Assembly: GCA_951406725.2 (NCBI GenBank)
Contig: OX597828.1
Coordinates: forward strand, 35,898,001 to 35,962,000
Origin: Octopus vulgaris
Taxonomy: Eukaryota
Direction: 5' to 3'
Length of the DNA stretch: 64,000 bases
How positions within the stretch are numbered: position 1 is the stretch's first letter; each line of letters opens with the position of its first letter. The notes under the pieces are model-generated. The model was not told the origin of the DNA. It worked only from the letters and a program-made list of their open reading frames with translations, and did no database searches. The position numbers and the translations under genes are program-made. Below are positions 1 to 13,055 of the stretch, piece by piece.

Positions 1-155
1 CACACCTATAAACAGGCTAGCCTTCAAACCAGGGGCAATGTTGGCCTGCTCATCTAGCTATCAGGCTGGCATCATTCAAAAGCTAAAACAATGGGAAGTG
101 CATTGTGACCAGTGATGTATAACAACATCTCATAGCCCTGTCAATCCCATGATAC
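1..155 (+). mobile_element. 3' part of a SINE-like repeat, same family as 1890-2185
   Basis: Shares AAAGCTAAAACAATG..GAAG..CATTGTGAC.AGTGATGTATAA.AACAT with 2103-2180. Confidence 0.55.
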
Positions 156-457
156 TATGGTAGATGGAATACTATCATCACCGTTTTTAAGTCCACTTTT
201 CCATACCTTGTGCTTCCTAGATATCATGTGACACTTTTAAATGAACATCAAAATCACACAAGCCAACTGCTTGTATTCAAGTTCTTTGCTTCTCACCATT
301 TGTGAATAGCATGTTCAGCTGTGGAGAAATATTACTTCGTTTGCAAACAGGTGAGAGCTGGCATCAAGGGCAGCAGAGTGCAGAAAATATGTGTCAATGA
401 ATTCCATTTGACCTATGCAGGCAAGTGTACATGAAAGTGTACATGAAAATGATGAAC

Positions 458-1140
<683 letters not shown>

Positions 1141-1456
1141 TAACTTCCCACGGTAAATATACAATTCTCTCACAATAATCAAATACATATTAAAAGAAAA
1201 ACAAAGAAAACCTATAAAAATACCACCAAGCAAAGAAGAAACCATAAAAACAACAACAATTAACCTAAAAAAATTGTTTCTTTTTCTTTCGTTTTGTTTT
1301 TATTGTTTTAAATATTTGACGTTATTAGCACTTTGGTTTACATCACATTTTTCTAGGTCTTATTTCGAAAAGATATTTTGCACTAATTTCTTTTTGAATT
1401 TTCTTATTCTTAGAAACTATGTTTTATATTTTAATATATATATATATTATGTGTAG

Positions 1457-1870
1457 CTGCAGGAGTGGGTGTGTGGTAAGTAGCTTGCTTACCAACCACA
1501 TGGTTCCGGGTTCAGTCCCACTGTGCGACATCTTGGGCAAGTGTCTTCTACTATAGCCTTGGGTTGACCAAAGCCCTGTGAATGGATTTGATAAACAAAA
1601 ACTGAAAGAAGCCCATCGTATGTGTGTGTGTATGTATGTTTATGTGTGTGTGTGAGTGTTTATGTGTCTGTGTTTGTCTCCCCCACCATTGCTTGATAAC
1701 TGATGTTGGTGTGTTTACATCCCCGTAACTTAGCAGTTCGGCAAAAGTAACCGATAAAATAAAACTAGGCTTGCAAAGAATAAGTCCTGGGGTCAATTTG
1801 TTTGAGTAAAGACAGTGCTCCAGCATGGCCACAGTCAAGTGACTGAAACAAGTAAAAGAATAAAAGAATA
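1457..1870 (+). mobile_element. Full-length tRNA-derived SINE, family A
   Basis: A-box-like GTGTGGTAAG and B-box-like GGTTCAGTCCC head, central (TG)n, tail GCTCCAGCATGGCCACAGTCAA.TGACTGAAACAAGTAAAAGAATAAAAG; many copies in window. Confidence 0.9.
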
Positions 1871-1889
1871 TATATATCTCATATATGTT

Positions 1890-2184
1890 AAGGTACATAG
1901 CTTAGTGGTTATGTGTGTTGTACTCACAATCTTGACATTGTGGTTTCAATTCCCAGCCCATCTGTATGTTATGCCCTTGCACAAAACACTTCACTTTACA
2001 CCGCTGCACTCAGCTACAAATGGTGAACCCTGCAATGGACTAGTGTCATGTTCTAGGGGAATAATGGCCTGCTTGCCCTAGTTGGTAGATTGCCCTAATT
2101 TGAAAGCTAAAACAATGTGAAGCACTTTGTGACAAGTGATGTATAATAACATTCAATAGTTAAGTCAATCACATGATCATGTGA

Positions 2185-2185
<1 letters not shown>
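1890..2185 (+). mobile_element. Diverged tRNA-derived SINE, family D
   Basis: AGCTTAGTGGTTA...GGTTTCAATTCCC head similar to 13478, 47225 and 47975. Confidence 0.65.
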
Positions 2186-2228
<43 letters not shown>

Positions 2229-2231
<3 letters not shown>

Positions 2232-2445
2232 TTTATTCTTTTACTTGTTTCAGTCATTTGGCTGCAGCCATGCTGGAGCACTACTTTTGGTCAGACAAAT
2301 CGCACCCCCGGACTTATTCTTTGTAAGCCTAGTATTTATTCTATCAGTTTCTTTGCTGAACCGCTAAGTTTCAGGGACGTAAACACACCAACATCGGTTG
2401 TCAAGCAATGGGAATGGGACAAACACAAACACACACACACACATG
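2229..2445 (-). mobile_element. SINE family A, 3' half
   Basis: Reverse complement of the family A tail. Confidence 0.85.
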
Positions 2446-2469
2446 CACATAAATATATATATATATATA

Positions 2470-2620
2470 TCATCATCATCATCATCATCGTTTAATGTCC
2501 GCTTTCCATTCTGGCATGGGTTGGATAGTTTGGCTGAGGACTGGCAAGCCAAATGGCTGCACCAGGCTCCAGTCTGATCTGGCAGAGTTTCAACAACTGG
2601 ATGTCCTTCCTAATGCCAAT
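2470..2620 (-). mobile_element. RTE-derived 3' tail repeat (family B) with (CAT)n end
   Basis: Matches 3' terminus of the RTE LINE at 41362-41560. Confidence 0.8.
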
Positions 2621-2689
2621 TTATTCAAATTGTTTTGAATTAATCATGAATAATCATGTTAGCTTTGGAATTTCAATGTTATACTCTTT

Positions 2690-3103
2690 ACACTCTTACT
2701 CTTTTACGTGTTTCAGTCATTTGACTGTGGCCATGCTGGAGCACCGCCTTTAGTCAAGCAAATCGACCCTAGGACTTATTCTTTGTAAGCCTAGTACTTA
2801 TTCTATCAGTCTCTTTTGCCGAACCACTAAGTTACAAGGATGCAAACACACCAGCATTGGTTGTCAAGCAATGTTGGGAGGGACAAACACAAACACACAA
2901 ACATATACACAAACATATACACATACATATATATATATATATACATATATACGGCGGGCTTCTTTCAGTTTCCGTCTACCATATCCACTCACAAGGCTTT
3001 GATCGGTCCGAGGCTATAGTAGAAGACACTTGCCCAAGGTGCCACACAGTGGGACTGAACCCGGAAACATGTGGTTCGTAAGCAAGCTACTTACCACACA
3101 GCC
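2690..3103 (-). mobile_element. SINE family A, full length
   Basis: Reverse complement of 1457-1870. Confidence 0.9.
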
Positions 3104-3291
3104 TCTCAATCATTTATTTTTAGAATGAAATTGTAGGGTAGGTGTGAGAGTCTGGATACAGCCAGTTTGAACATAACACAGATAGAATATTTTGAGGTTG
3201 GATACAGCCAGTTTAAATGCTGAAGGGTTAAAATCTAAAAACAAACAACAACAAAAAACTAAGGGAAATAACTCCTATAAATCAACTCAAT

Positions 3292-3635
3292 TACCATATT
3301 TTCCAGCATGGAGGACATCATCTTAAAATATGTCTTGAAAATTTACTGGCAATTTAGAGAACAAAGGTTACATGTTACACTTTTCTTATGTTAATTTTAA
3401 CCCCCAGAATAAGGTTATCTATGCAAAAGCTACAATGTCTGTGTACTGTAAAAGGAAAAGAAAATTTACTCAACACGATCTATAATGTTGCTAAGCCAGT
3501 AAGAAAACATCATGTAAAGTATGTGAAAATGCTGTGACCTTGCTTTTTTGTTTGTCTTTCTTTTCAAAACTTTGCAAATCAAAAGTGAGGTGTGTCTTTG
3601 AGGTCGGAGTGTCCTCAATGCTGGTAAATATGATG
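3292..3635. mobile_element. MITE with ~27-bp terminal inverted repeats (Tc1/pogo-like)
   Basis: TACCATATTTTCCAGCATGGAGGACA versus TGTCCTCAATGCTGGTAAATATGATG. Confidence 0.6.
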
Positions 3636-3691
3636 ATTGAAATTTAAGGAAACATATAAAAAAAAATGAAGAATAGGAGTGGATCTGGTCT

Positions 3692-3906
3692 TTAACTCTT
3701 TCGTTACTGTATTTATTTTGAGATGCTCTGTTTCTTTCAATTACTTTAAATATAACAAAGATTTTAGTAAAATAACTTAATAAGTGTTAGGAACATGAAT
3801 TGTGACTAAGGTTTGGTGGAAGATTTTAATTTAAAAGTTATGAAAACAAGACATTTGTACTCAGAGCCAGAGCTGGTTTCAGCCGGGTTGGTGACGAAAA
3901 GGTTAA
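3692..3906. mobile_element. TTAA-flanked MITE (piggyBac-like), copy 1
   Basis: TTAA|CTCTTTCGTTAC ... GTGACGAAAAGG|TTAA inverted termini. Confidence 0.7.
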
Positions 3907-4167
3907 ATAGTTGCTTGACTTACAAGAAATAGCAGTCAAATCTCCCTCAAATGACATTGTACGATTTTAATGGGCCAGCATGAGATCCTTTAAATAGTTG
4001 CTTGACTTGCAAGAAATAGCAGTCAAATCTCCCTCAAATGACATTGTACGATTTTAATGGGTCAGCATGAGATCCTTTAAATAGTTGCTTGACTTGCAAG
4101 AAATAGCAGTCAAATCTCCCTCAAATTACATTGTACTATTTTAATGGGCCAACATGAGATACTTTAA
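3903..4167. repeat. Three tandem 87-bp units, each delimited by TTAA
   Basis: TTAA at 3903, 3990, 4077 and 4164; units nearly identical. Confidence 0.92.
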
Positions 4168-4380
4168 CTCTTTCGTTACTGTATTTATTTTGAGATGCTC
4201 TCTGTTTCTTTCAATTACTTTAAATATAACAAGGAATTTAGTAAAATAATTTAATAAGTGTTAGGAAAAAAAATTGTGACTAAGGTTTGGTGGAAGATTT
4301 TTATTCAGAACTTATGGAAACAAGATATTTGTAGTCAGAGCCAGAGCTGGTTTCAGCTGGGTTGGTAATAAAAGGGCTAA
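4164..4380. mobile_element. TTAA-flanked MITE, copy 2 (direct repeat of 3692-3906)
   Basis: Colinear with copy 1; right flank mutated to CTAA. Confidence 0.7.
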
Positions 4381-4485
4381 AGCTACCTAGTGAAAGCAGT
4401 TTGATCTAATTCGGTATTTTCAGGAAAGCGTATTATACTAAGTTGGAAAGACCAATTGTAATTAATATACATACATACAAATATA

Positions 4486-4878
4486 TTCCTTTATTCTTTT
4501 ACTCTTTTATTTGTTTCAGTCATTTTGACTGTGGCCATGCTGGAGCACCACTTTTAGTCAAACAAATCGACCCCAGGACTTATTTTTTGTAAGCTCAGTA
4601 CTTATTCCATCAGTTGCTTTTGCCAAACCGCTAAGTTACAAGAATGTAAACACACCAACATCGGTTGTCAAGTGATGGTGAGAGACAAACACAAACACAC
4701 AAATACATACATATATCTATTTACAACAGGCTTCTTTCAGTTTCTGTCTACCAAATCCACTCACAATGCTTTAGGTGGCCCAAGGCTATAGCAGAAGACA
4801 CTTGCCCAAGGTGCCATGCAGTCTGACTGAAGCCAGAACCACGTAGTTGGGAAGCAAGCTTCTTACCACACAGCCACA

Positions 4879-4880
<2 letters not shown>
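4486..4880 (-). mobile_element. SINE family A
   Basis: Tail and head match 1457-1870 in reverse. Confidence 0.88.
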
Positions 4881-4931
<51 letters not shown>

Positions 4932-5073
4932 TTTACCTTTGTTTTTTTACTTGTTTCAGTCATTAGACTGTAGTCATGCTGGAGCACCACCTTGAAGGTA
5001 AAACAATTGTTGTGGCAATATGGCAATATAAATATTTTTTATTGGTACATTCCATCTTTTCTTTTTATCTTTA

Positions 5074-5124
<51 letters not shown>

Positions 5125-5147
5125 TACATACATTCATACATACATAC

Positions 5148-5200
<53 letters not shown>

Positions 5201-5221
5201 CATATATCATTTGATATATTC

Positions 5222-5435
5222 TTTTCTACTCTAGGCACAAGGCCTGAAATTTTGTTGGAGCAGGGGCAGTCGATTAGATCGACCCCAGTACACAACTGGT
5301 ACTTAATTTATCGACCTCGAAAGGATGAAAGACAAAGTCGACCTCAGCAGAGTTTGGACTCAGAACATAAAGATAGATGAAATACCGCTATGCATTTCAC
5401 CCGGCGTGCTAACGTGTCTGCCAGCTCACCGCCTC
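5222..5435 (-). mobile_element. tRNA-derived SINE family C
   Basis: Reverse complement of 61422-61650 (GAGCTGGCAGA...GTTCTGAGTTCAAA...CTTTCATCCTTTCG.GGTCGA). Confidence 0.85.
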
Positions 5436-5647
5436 TTATCATTTGATATATTGAAATAGGAAATGTAGTGACAATGATTATCAACAATAAGGATTGTCAC
5501 GTAGTTGCTTGGTTGTTTATGCTGAGGTAGTCAATGATGATATATTGTGAATGCCTGGTTCGTCTTTGTCATGAGGGATGGCTCTGTCACCATTGCTTTG
5601 GTATGCTTGTTGATGTTGTACTATAGTGACATGGGCTGTGTTGGCTG

Positions 5648-6060
5648 TGTGATAATAATTTAAACAAACTCATGAAACTTTGGCTTTAATATTTATTGCC
5701 AGGCACCATATTATATGTTGGCTTTTCACGATGAATGACGCTACAAATACGTTTGCTGACCAGGAGGAGAGAAAACTGTAGAAGCTACTTGTGGAATATT
5801 GTGTGAATGTTCAGTATCAGTCTGTCTGAGTACCCAAAGTCATCTGCGTGGATGCCTGAGGTCTTCTGTCTGCTGAGTTAGGTGCCAAACGGTTTTTATG
5901 AGGTGAATAAAGGGTAAATTCTAGAACATCTGAAAAGCCCCATCATGCCACAGCTTCATGTTTATTGGTCAATTTATAGAACAATCAATCACATGAAACT
6001 GTGGTGGCTCACTCATGATGCCTAACCAAGTATCTTGCAGTTAGGGTTTGAATCATTACA
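5648..6060 (-). mobile_element. Candidate solo LTR
   Basis: TGTGAT...ATTACA termini, minus-strand AATAAA near its 3' end, flanks GGCTG/GGATG (4/5 target-site duplication). Confidence 0.4.
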
Positions 6061-6859
6061 GGATGAAGAGAAATACTTCAAGGTGCATTCTGTATGCTAT
6101 AAGGATATTTTCCAAAATTTCAAGTTATTTAATTAGAGTTACTTCCCCTACTTGTCTTCAGATTATAAATCACCCCCAGAGGGAGTTATCATCAAATTTT
6201 GTAGATAATCTAAATTAATGAAAGTCTTCCATCTTGCTAGATTACATATGTGAGGCCCTAACCTCTTGTTATTTACTATGTAGAATGCGGGTACCGCAGT
6301 GGGGTAAGAGGTTTACTTCCCAACCACATGGTTTTTGGGTTCAGAGTCATTGTGTGTATCTTGGGCAAGTGTCTTATGCTACAGTTCTAAACCAATCAAA
6401 CCCTTGTGAGTAGATTTGTTGATGGAAACTGAAAGAAGCCTATCAGGTGAGTGGGGGCTTTGCATGATAGTTGTAAATGTTTATCACTGCTAAGCACATG
6501 GTGATCTTCATTTTTGACCTTTCATGATCAAAACCATGGAAGGTCCAGTCATGGGAAATATTACCTTACTTAGGAACAATGGAGGGTTGCCAACAGGAAA
6601 GGCATCCGGTCAGAGAAAATGTGCCTCAACAAATTCCAATTGACTCATGCTTGCATAAAAAAGTGGACCTTAATACAATGAGGAATGCTCGCTTGGAGGT
6701 ATTTTGCTGTCATATTATAGTAGAAATACTAAAATTGTTACAACATATCATCCTACGAATGTTTCTATTCATTCCACCATTATACTTGAAGGAAGGGAAG
6801 CAGCAACACACAGCAAGTGTTAGAAAACAGAAGATACAAAAACATAGATTGTAAAAGTC

Positions 6860-8030
6860 AAAGAAAACAACAGACAGAAGCTAAGATAAAAGAGAAGATT
6901 GGAGGAGATGTCTGAGAGTAAATTACAGGAATGGGAATAGACAAAGAAGACAATAAATGGTAGCCAAATGCTAGGAGGAGGCTGAAGAAGAATGAAGTTA
7001 TAAAATGAGACAGAGGTTAGGTGAGAGATTATAAAAGAAAGATGAAAAACAAGAGGGAAGAAATGTGAACAAATATGGAAGAAAAGAGAAACTAAGAGAA
7101 AAGAAATGTGAAAAAATTACAGAAGGTAGGATACAGAAGTTTGGAGTAATCAGAAGATGTAAGATTAGGGAAGAGAGGAGGAAGAAGTCTAGAGAAGAGA
7201 GGAGGAAGAAGTTTAGAGAATACAAGAGACAAAAGAGTGAAAATAGGAAAAACTAGGGGGAAACAATGGAGAGAATGATAAATAGAAATGATAGAAGAAC
7301 AATTAAACTAGGAGAAGAAAGGAGAGAGAAGTGTTGGGAAGGGAGAAGAAAAGATGTACAGAGAAGCTTAAAAGGGGATAAAAGATAAAGAAGAAAAAAC
7401 AGAAGAGAGAAGGAGATGACAGGAAGAAGGAAGAAAAGAAAAGCATGGGAGAGAGAAAAGAGAAAGACAGGGAGAGACAGGCAGATAGAGACAGAGATAG
7501 AAATATAAACAGACAATTTTTTTTATTAACTATGAGGTTGAGAAAAAGAGGGGACGAAGACAGGGAAATAGACATACAGACTAGCAGAGAGAGGAGGGGG
7601 AGGGGGAGAGAGAGAGACATGGAAAGGCAGATAGATGAACAGAGACAAACAGGCAGATATACAGACTAGCAGAGAAAGACAGACTGACAGAGAAAGACAG
7701 ACAAACAGACAGACTGACAGAGAGAAAGACAGACACAGAGACATAGAAAGACAGACAGAAGAACAGTGATAAACAGACAGACATAGACAGACCAACAGAC
7801 ATAGAGGAAAAGACAGACAGACAGATGAAGAGCTGGACAGACAGACAGATGAAGAGCTGGACAGACAGACAGATGAAGAGCTGGACAGACAGACGGACAG
7901 TCACAGGATGAGTGAGAGTAAGAAACAAGGAGAAAAAGAAAGAAGAATAGAGAATCTCAGAAAGAAGAAAAGTAGAAAGAGAGATGGAGGGAGGAAGAGA
8001 GAGAGAGAGAGAGAGAGAGAGAAGGAAAAA
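6860..8030. repeat. Purine-rich GA/GACA low-complexity tract including three 24-bp units at about 7812-7895
   Basis: Direct reading; GACAGACAGACAGATGAAGAGCTG repeated. Confidence 0.85.
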
Positions 8031-8399
8031 ATGGTAGAAGTAATTAGTGAAACTAGTTGTCACACGTTGTGTCTAAAATATTCCTGTTGACTTTCAAAAG
8101 ACTATATTAGTCTAATCAAGAATGTTCTAGTTGTGGCTAATGATTGACTAACTGACAGGTGGATTATGGGACAGAATTGTAGAGCTGTAGAGGTAAAGGT
8201 GAAGGATAGTGGTGGTGGTGGTGGTGGTGGTAGTGGTGGTGGTCTGGATTGTTTGGTTAGTCCAATTATATAATCATTATATTAGATATAGAGACAGAAA
8301 AACAAACAGATACAGAGAGGGAGGAGATAGAGAGAGAGATGGAGAGAGAGAGAGACAGATGGAGAGAGAGAGAGAGAGATGGAGAGAGTGAGAGAGATG

Positions 8400-8461
<62 letters not shown>

Positions 8462-8635
8462 GATAAGGAGAGATAGATATATAAATAGAGAGAGAGAGAG
8501 ATGGAGATAGATACATAGATTGATAGATAAAGGAGAGAGAGGTAGATAGATAGAGATAAGGATAGATAGATAGATGGATAGATAGATAGATAGAGAGAGA
8601 TGGAGATAGATAGATAGGGAGAGATAGATAGATAA

Positions 8636-9105
8636 TTTTCTTTATTGGCCACACAGGGCTGAACATAGAGGGGACAAATACAATGTAGAGTTTTTCTTTA
8701 CGAGGGGGGGGGGAGAAGACAAAACAAAATAAAAAACAAAATTAGGGACAACAATCAAAAGGGATCAAAATTGTTTGGGATATACAAAAAAAAGTCGAAG
8801 TAATACAACAAGTTCCCAAAAAATGGGGGTGTTTATTCGTGGAAAGAAAAACCTACGAAAAGACCACAGTAACCTCGGGCAATAATGTTACATAATAACA
8901 TATTTATTTACAAGTAAGTAACTCTCTGTTTTAACTTTTTTTTTGTTTTTTTCAGGTTCATAGGATCATGATCAAGGTGGCTTTCTCATTCACATGTACA
9001 ATCCTTGCTACAGTCACCCATCTTTTTTTTTTGAAACATTCGCTAGATAAAACTTGCCTCTCTACTCTCACCTACCTTTTCAAGTGATACTCGAAAAAGT
9101 TGACG
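8636..9105 (-). mobile_element. 3' end of an L1/Tx1-like LINE embedded in (GATA)n
   Basis: Minus translation VNFFEYHLKR*VRVERQVLSSECFKK/RWVTVARIVHVNEK...IL*, then UTR ending AATAAAGAAAA abutting (TCTA)n; clade call is inference. Confidence 0.45.
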
Positions 9106-9393
9106 ATAGACAGATAGATAGATATCATTTGATCATTCCTTTGACATCAAGGCAAGATTTTATGACCAGATATTCTTTCTACCACTTACTCTTCACCTGT
9201 TTTTCAGGTAATGGATTTATATATTCCACGGGTCTTCAAAGGAGCAAAAGCTTGATGTAATATCAAGAAGGAATGTAAACACTGATGCAGTTTTGTTCAG
9301 ACAGAAACAGGCAAAACACATGCAGACACACACACACACACACACATTTAGGGTAGACACTTGTGTTGTGCTGAGAGTGATGTTGTACTCCGT

Positions 9394-9730
9394 CTATGAA
9401 TGCAAGAGTTGAGGTTTCATGAGGCAATGAAGCACCCCTCCGTGGGTGTTTTGGCCCCTTCCATCATGATACCAGCATTGCCTGGGGCCACCAACTAATA
9501 TAGACAATAAAACTCCCACACAAGAGCATGAGCTTCGTTGGGTCAGATGTTGTGACTCTGTGCCAGCTGTTTCTACCATCCTCAATGCTCATTCCTGCAG
9601 CACCATTTGTCCTCTCCCTTGAGCCAGATGTAATGGCTTATTTTCTCGGCAGCTTCTGACAATTGTCTGGTAATATCTTTCCTCTTCTTCGCAGCTAGTC
9701 CAAGAGTCCTGAGCATCAGGAGAACCCTAA
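9394..9730 (-). mobile_element. C-terminus and 3' UTR of a HERO/NeSL-like RLE non-LTR retrotransposon
   Basis: Minus translation LRTLGLAAKKRKDITRQLSEAAEKISHYIWLKGEDKW resembles the AE.AS.WIW.K terminus of this group. Confidence 0.5.
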
Positions 9731-9745
9731 CACTTCACCAGTAGC

Positions 9746-9987
9746 CAGTGGTGTAGGTACTTCACCAGTACCCAGGGCTGCCCTCCAGTTTGCCATCCCC
9801 AGATTCCCAAAAGAAAAATCATATTGCACTGTAACTATATTGACTGAGTAGTGTCCATGACCCAACATTAAAACTACTATTATTTGATTTCAATACAGCC
9901 CCTACAGACGTATAGCCTACAGCAGACCCAAAAGTGGTGTTGCCCAGGGCAGACTGCCCTGTCCATCCCCCTCTAGCTATGCTAGTG
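9746..9987. mobile_element. hAT-type MITE
   Basis: CAGTGGTGTAG...CTATGCTAGTG termini, 8-bp flanks CCAGTAGC/CCAGCAGC. Confidence 0.6.
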
Positions 9988-10040
9988 CCAGCAGCAGCTC
10001 ATCAGACAGGTAAACCATTGCCACCAAAACTAGGAAGTCA

Positions 10041-10420
10041 TGGCCACCATGCACTTTATTAGACCACCATGTACATCATTAGACCACCATGCACTTCATT
10101 AGACCACCATGTAATTCATTAGACCAACATGCACTTCATTAAACCACCATGCACTTCATTAGACGACCATGCACTTCATTAGGCCATCATGTACATCATT
10201 AGACCACCATGCACCTTATTAGACCACTGTGCATGTCATTAGACCACCATGCACTTTATTAGACCACCATGCACTTTATTAGACCACCATGCACTTCATT
10301 AGACCACCATACACTTCATTAGACCACCATGCACGTCATTAGACCACCATGTACTTTATTAGACCACTGTGCATGTCATTAGACCACCATGCACATCATT
10401 AGACCACCATGCACTTCATC
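10041..10420. repeat. 20-bp minisatellite (AGACCACCATGCACTTCATT), about 19 units
   Basis: Strict 20-bp period, no spacers. Confidence 0.95.
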
Positions 10421-11849
10421 AGCTTCTACACCTATATTGAGTCCTTCATCAGATTTTCTCCTTCTGTTCAAAAGATGTTTTCAAAACTCCTTATAGATAA
10501 CACACACTCTAAGCCTACTCTTATCCCTGGACTTGGTTTCCAAATCTAAACCAGTATTCCTACTCACAGACTTTCAAAGTTCTTTACAACTTAATTACCC
10601 CACTTAGCTTAATTAAGTGACTAAGTGGAATTTGCTGAGACGTAGTACAGCAGGAATACAGGAAATAAGATATTAATAGTCCGAAAGTTTCAAGTCTGTT
10701 AGGTTTACTTCCTGTTTTTAAATTCAAAAAAAAAAATATTAAAAAAAAAGTCAGTGTAAACTGGAAGATTGGGAAACAAAATAACTAATTTGATGTTCTT
10801 TTAGTTATTTCTTGCTGTCATCATCGTCATCATCATCATCATCATGATAATATGCATCATCCCTATCATCATCATCATCATCATCATCATCAACATCATT
10901 ATCACTTAATTTATTCCATGATATAAAACTAGTTCTGACCAGACATGGCTGTTACCGTAGCAACTGTCCAGCAGTGTGGCTATATTAAAATTAGAAAAAC
11001 CAAATAAAAATAGTGATGAAGAAAAATAATAACTAAATTAGGTTGCTTTTTTTTTTATTTATAGTAGTTATTAACATCATCATCATCATGGACACCATCA
11101 TCATTGACATCAGCAACTGCAGAGGCATCACCATAAACATTCCTATCATCATCATCATCATCATCATGATGGTCAGAATTTATCACTTCTACATCATCAT
11201 CATCATCATCTTCACACTCATCATTATTTTCACCAAACTCATTTTTGCGTAACATTTATTCCACCCAACAAATAACTGGCATGGCACCAGACAGGTACAA
11301 GGAAGACTATTATTGATTTTTCTCACACAGCTTCCGTGTTGGCAAGCGGAAACTGAAAGAAGCTTATCATATCATCAATCATCATAATTTTTACGTCTAC
11401 TTTTCTATGCTTGCATGAGAGTCTGACAGAATTTTGTTGAGGTAGATTTTTCTATGATCGGACGCCCTTTCCTGCCCCCAACCCTCACCTATTTCCAAGC
11501 AAGGTGGCATTTCCTCAATAGCCAGAAATATTTATCCATGGAAGACTGGACTACAAGAAATCACTTTTATGAAGATGATTCTCATTTGCAACCATCATAT
11601 GATGTCAAGACACACAAATATATATATATATATATACATATATCTTCTGTCTCGTTAATTACTTACCTGATGAACACCAAGGAATTCCTGAGGTAGATCC
11701 AGTAACATTTATAACTATAACAACACCACAGATGACATCAGATAGCCGTAGGCAGTGAACATGCTTTACCCACAAACTACCAGATGTATACCATATGCTT
11801 AATTAACAACTATATATATATATACATTTATATATATATAAATGTATGT

Positions 11850-12197
11850 ATAAAGGAATACAAAAACATGGGACAAGAATGCGAAACATCCAGACAGTTA
11901 GATGATACAAAAAAGGGACAAGAAAAAACAAGGACGGGTTATTCGGAGTTTTCTTCCCTCAGTCAAGTTCTATATTATCTTTGCAATTTCAACTGGTTAT
12001 ACTCGAGATTGCTCCAATCTGGGCAGCTCCAAGGAAAAACTAAGCTAAGAACACTAGATTCCTTGGAAGAAAGCAGCGAATGAATACAAAAACAGGGACG
12101 GAAAAAAAATGGAGAAATGGTACACTAATACAAATGCAAATAACAGGACATTAACAACAGATGTCTTTCGACTAAGGACCAATTAAATTAAGCTGGT
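11850..12197 (-). mobile_element. (TA)n-flanked dispersed non-coding repeat; diverged inverse copy at 33600-34045
   Basis: Shared blocks CCAGCT.AATTT, CGAAAGACA.CTGT, GAACTTGACTGAGG. Confidence 0.6.
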
Positions 12198-12200
12198 GCA

Positions 12201-12234
<34 letters not shown>

Positions 12235-12540
12235 CACATGGGCTTCTTTCAGTTTGCGTCTAACAAATCTACTCACAAGACTTTGGTCAGTCAGATGCTA
12301 TAGAAGACACTTGCCCAAGGTGCTATGCAATGGGGTAAAACCCAAGTTTACATGGTTAAGAAGCTAGAGCCTTACCCACACAAACATTCCTTCCTTCCTT
12401 CAGTCATACACATACACATACATACTACATACACATACATACACACAAACACATACATACACACAAACACACACACATACATACATACACACATGCATGC
12501 ACACACACATACATACACACACACATGCATACATGCATAC

Positions 12541-12734
12541 TATCCAGGTTACAAGTTCAGGTTTATACCTGTAATTATTGGGGCCCTGGGATACATAACA
12601 CACTGCCTAAATATCAATCTTGAGAAATTGGGCTTCTCAAAACCAGAAAGGAGAAAGCTGATTTGAATTCTACAGATCCAAGCCATCACTGGAACTGTGA
12701 ACATCTGTAAAACTTTCCAGAAGTTTATCATTTA
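12541..12734 (+). pseudogene. C-terminal fragment of an R4/Dong-like RLE LINE ORF
   Basis: YPGYKFRFIPVIIGALGYITHCLNINLEKLGF...LI*ILQIQAITGTVNICKTF; the PVIIGALG motif is typical; putative 3' UTR continues to about 13160. Confidence 0.65.
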
Positions 12735-12844
12735 AGTATATATGAGTATGTTTAGATATGCAAATATATGCATGAGAAGACATACATAAAACAAAACACA
12801 GAAATTTGCATGTATACATACAAAAATACTCTGCTGATGATGTT

Positions 12845-13055
12845 CCTTTCTGCTATAAGCACAAGGCCTGAAATTTGGGGGAAGCGGGTAAGTCGATTAC
12901 ATCGACCCCAGTGTTTCACCAGTACTTAATTCATTGACCCAAAAGGATGAAAGACAAAGTTGACCCTGGCAGCATTTGAACTCAGAATGTGAAAACAGAT
13001 GAAATACTTGTAAGCATTTCGCCCGGTGTACTAACAATTCTGCCAGCTTGATGCC
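12845..13055 (-). mobile_element. SINE family C inserted in the LINE 3' UTR
   Basis: Matches 5222-5435. Confidence 0.8.

Noticed and set aside
1457-1530. tRNA genes at A/B-box sequences
   Set aside because: These are SINE heads continuing into SINE bodies; no full cloverleaf seen
7065-8090. Lys/Arg/Glu-rich ORFs
   Set aside because: Purine-rich low-complexity DNA
10041-10420. CRISPR-like regular array
   Set aside because: Contiguous 20-bp units without unique spacers; eukaryotic context, no cas genes
11660-11720. CTGATGA as a hammerhead core (also about 13880, 15834, 29157, 40578-, 41236, 56018-)
   Set aside because: No properly placed stem II plus GAAA plus UH with a pairing stem I
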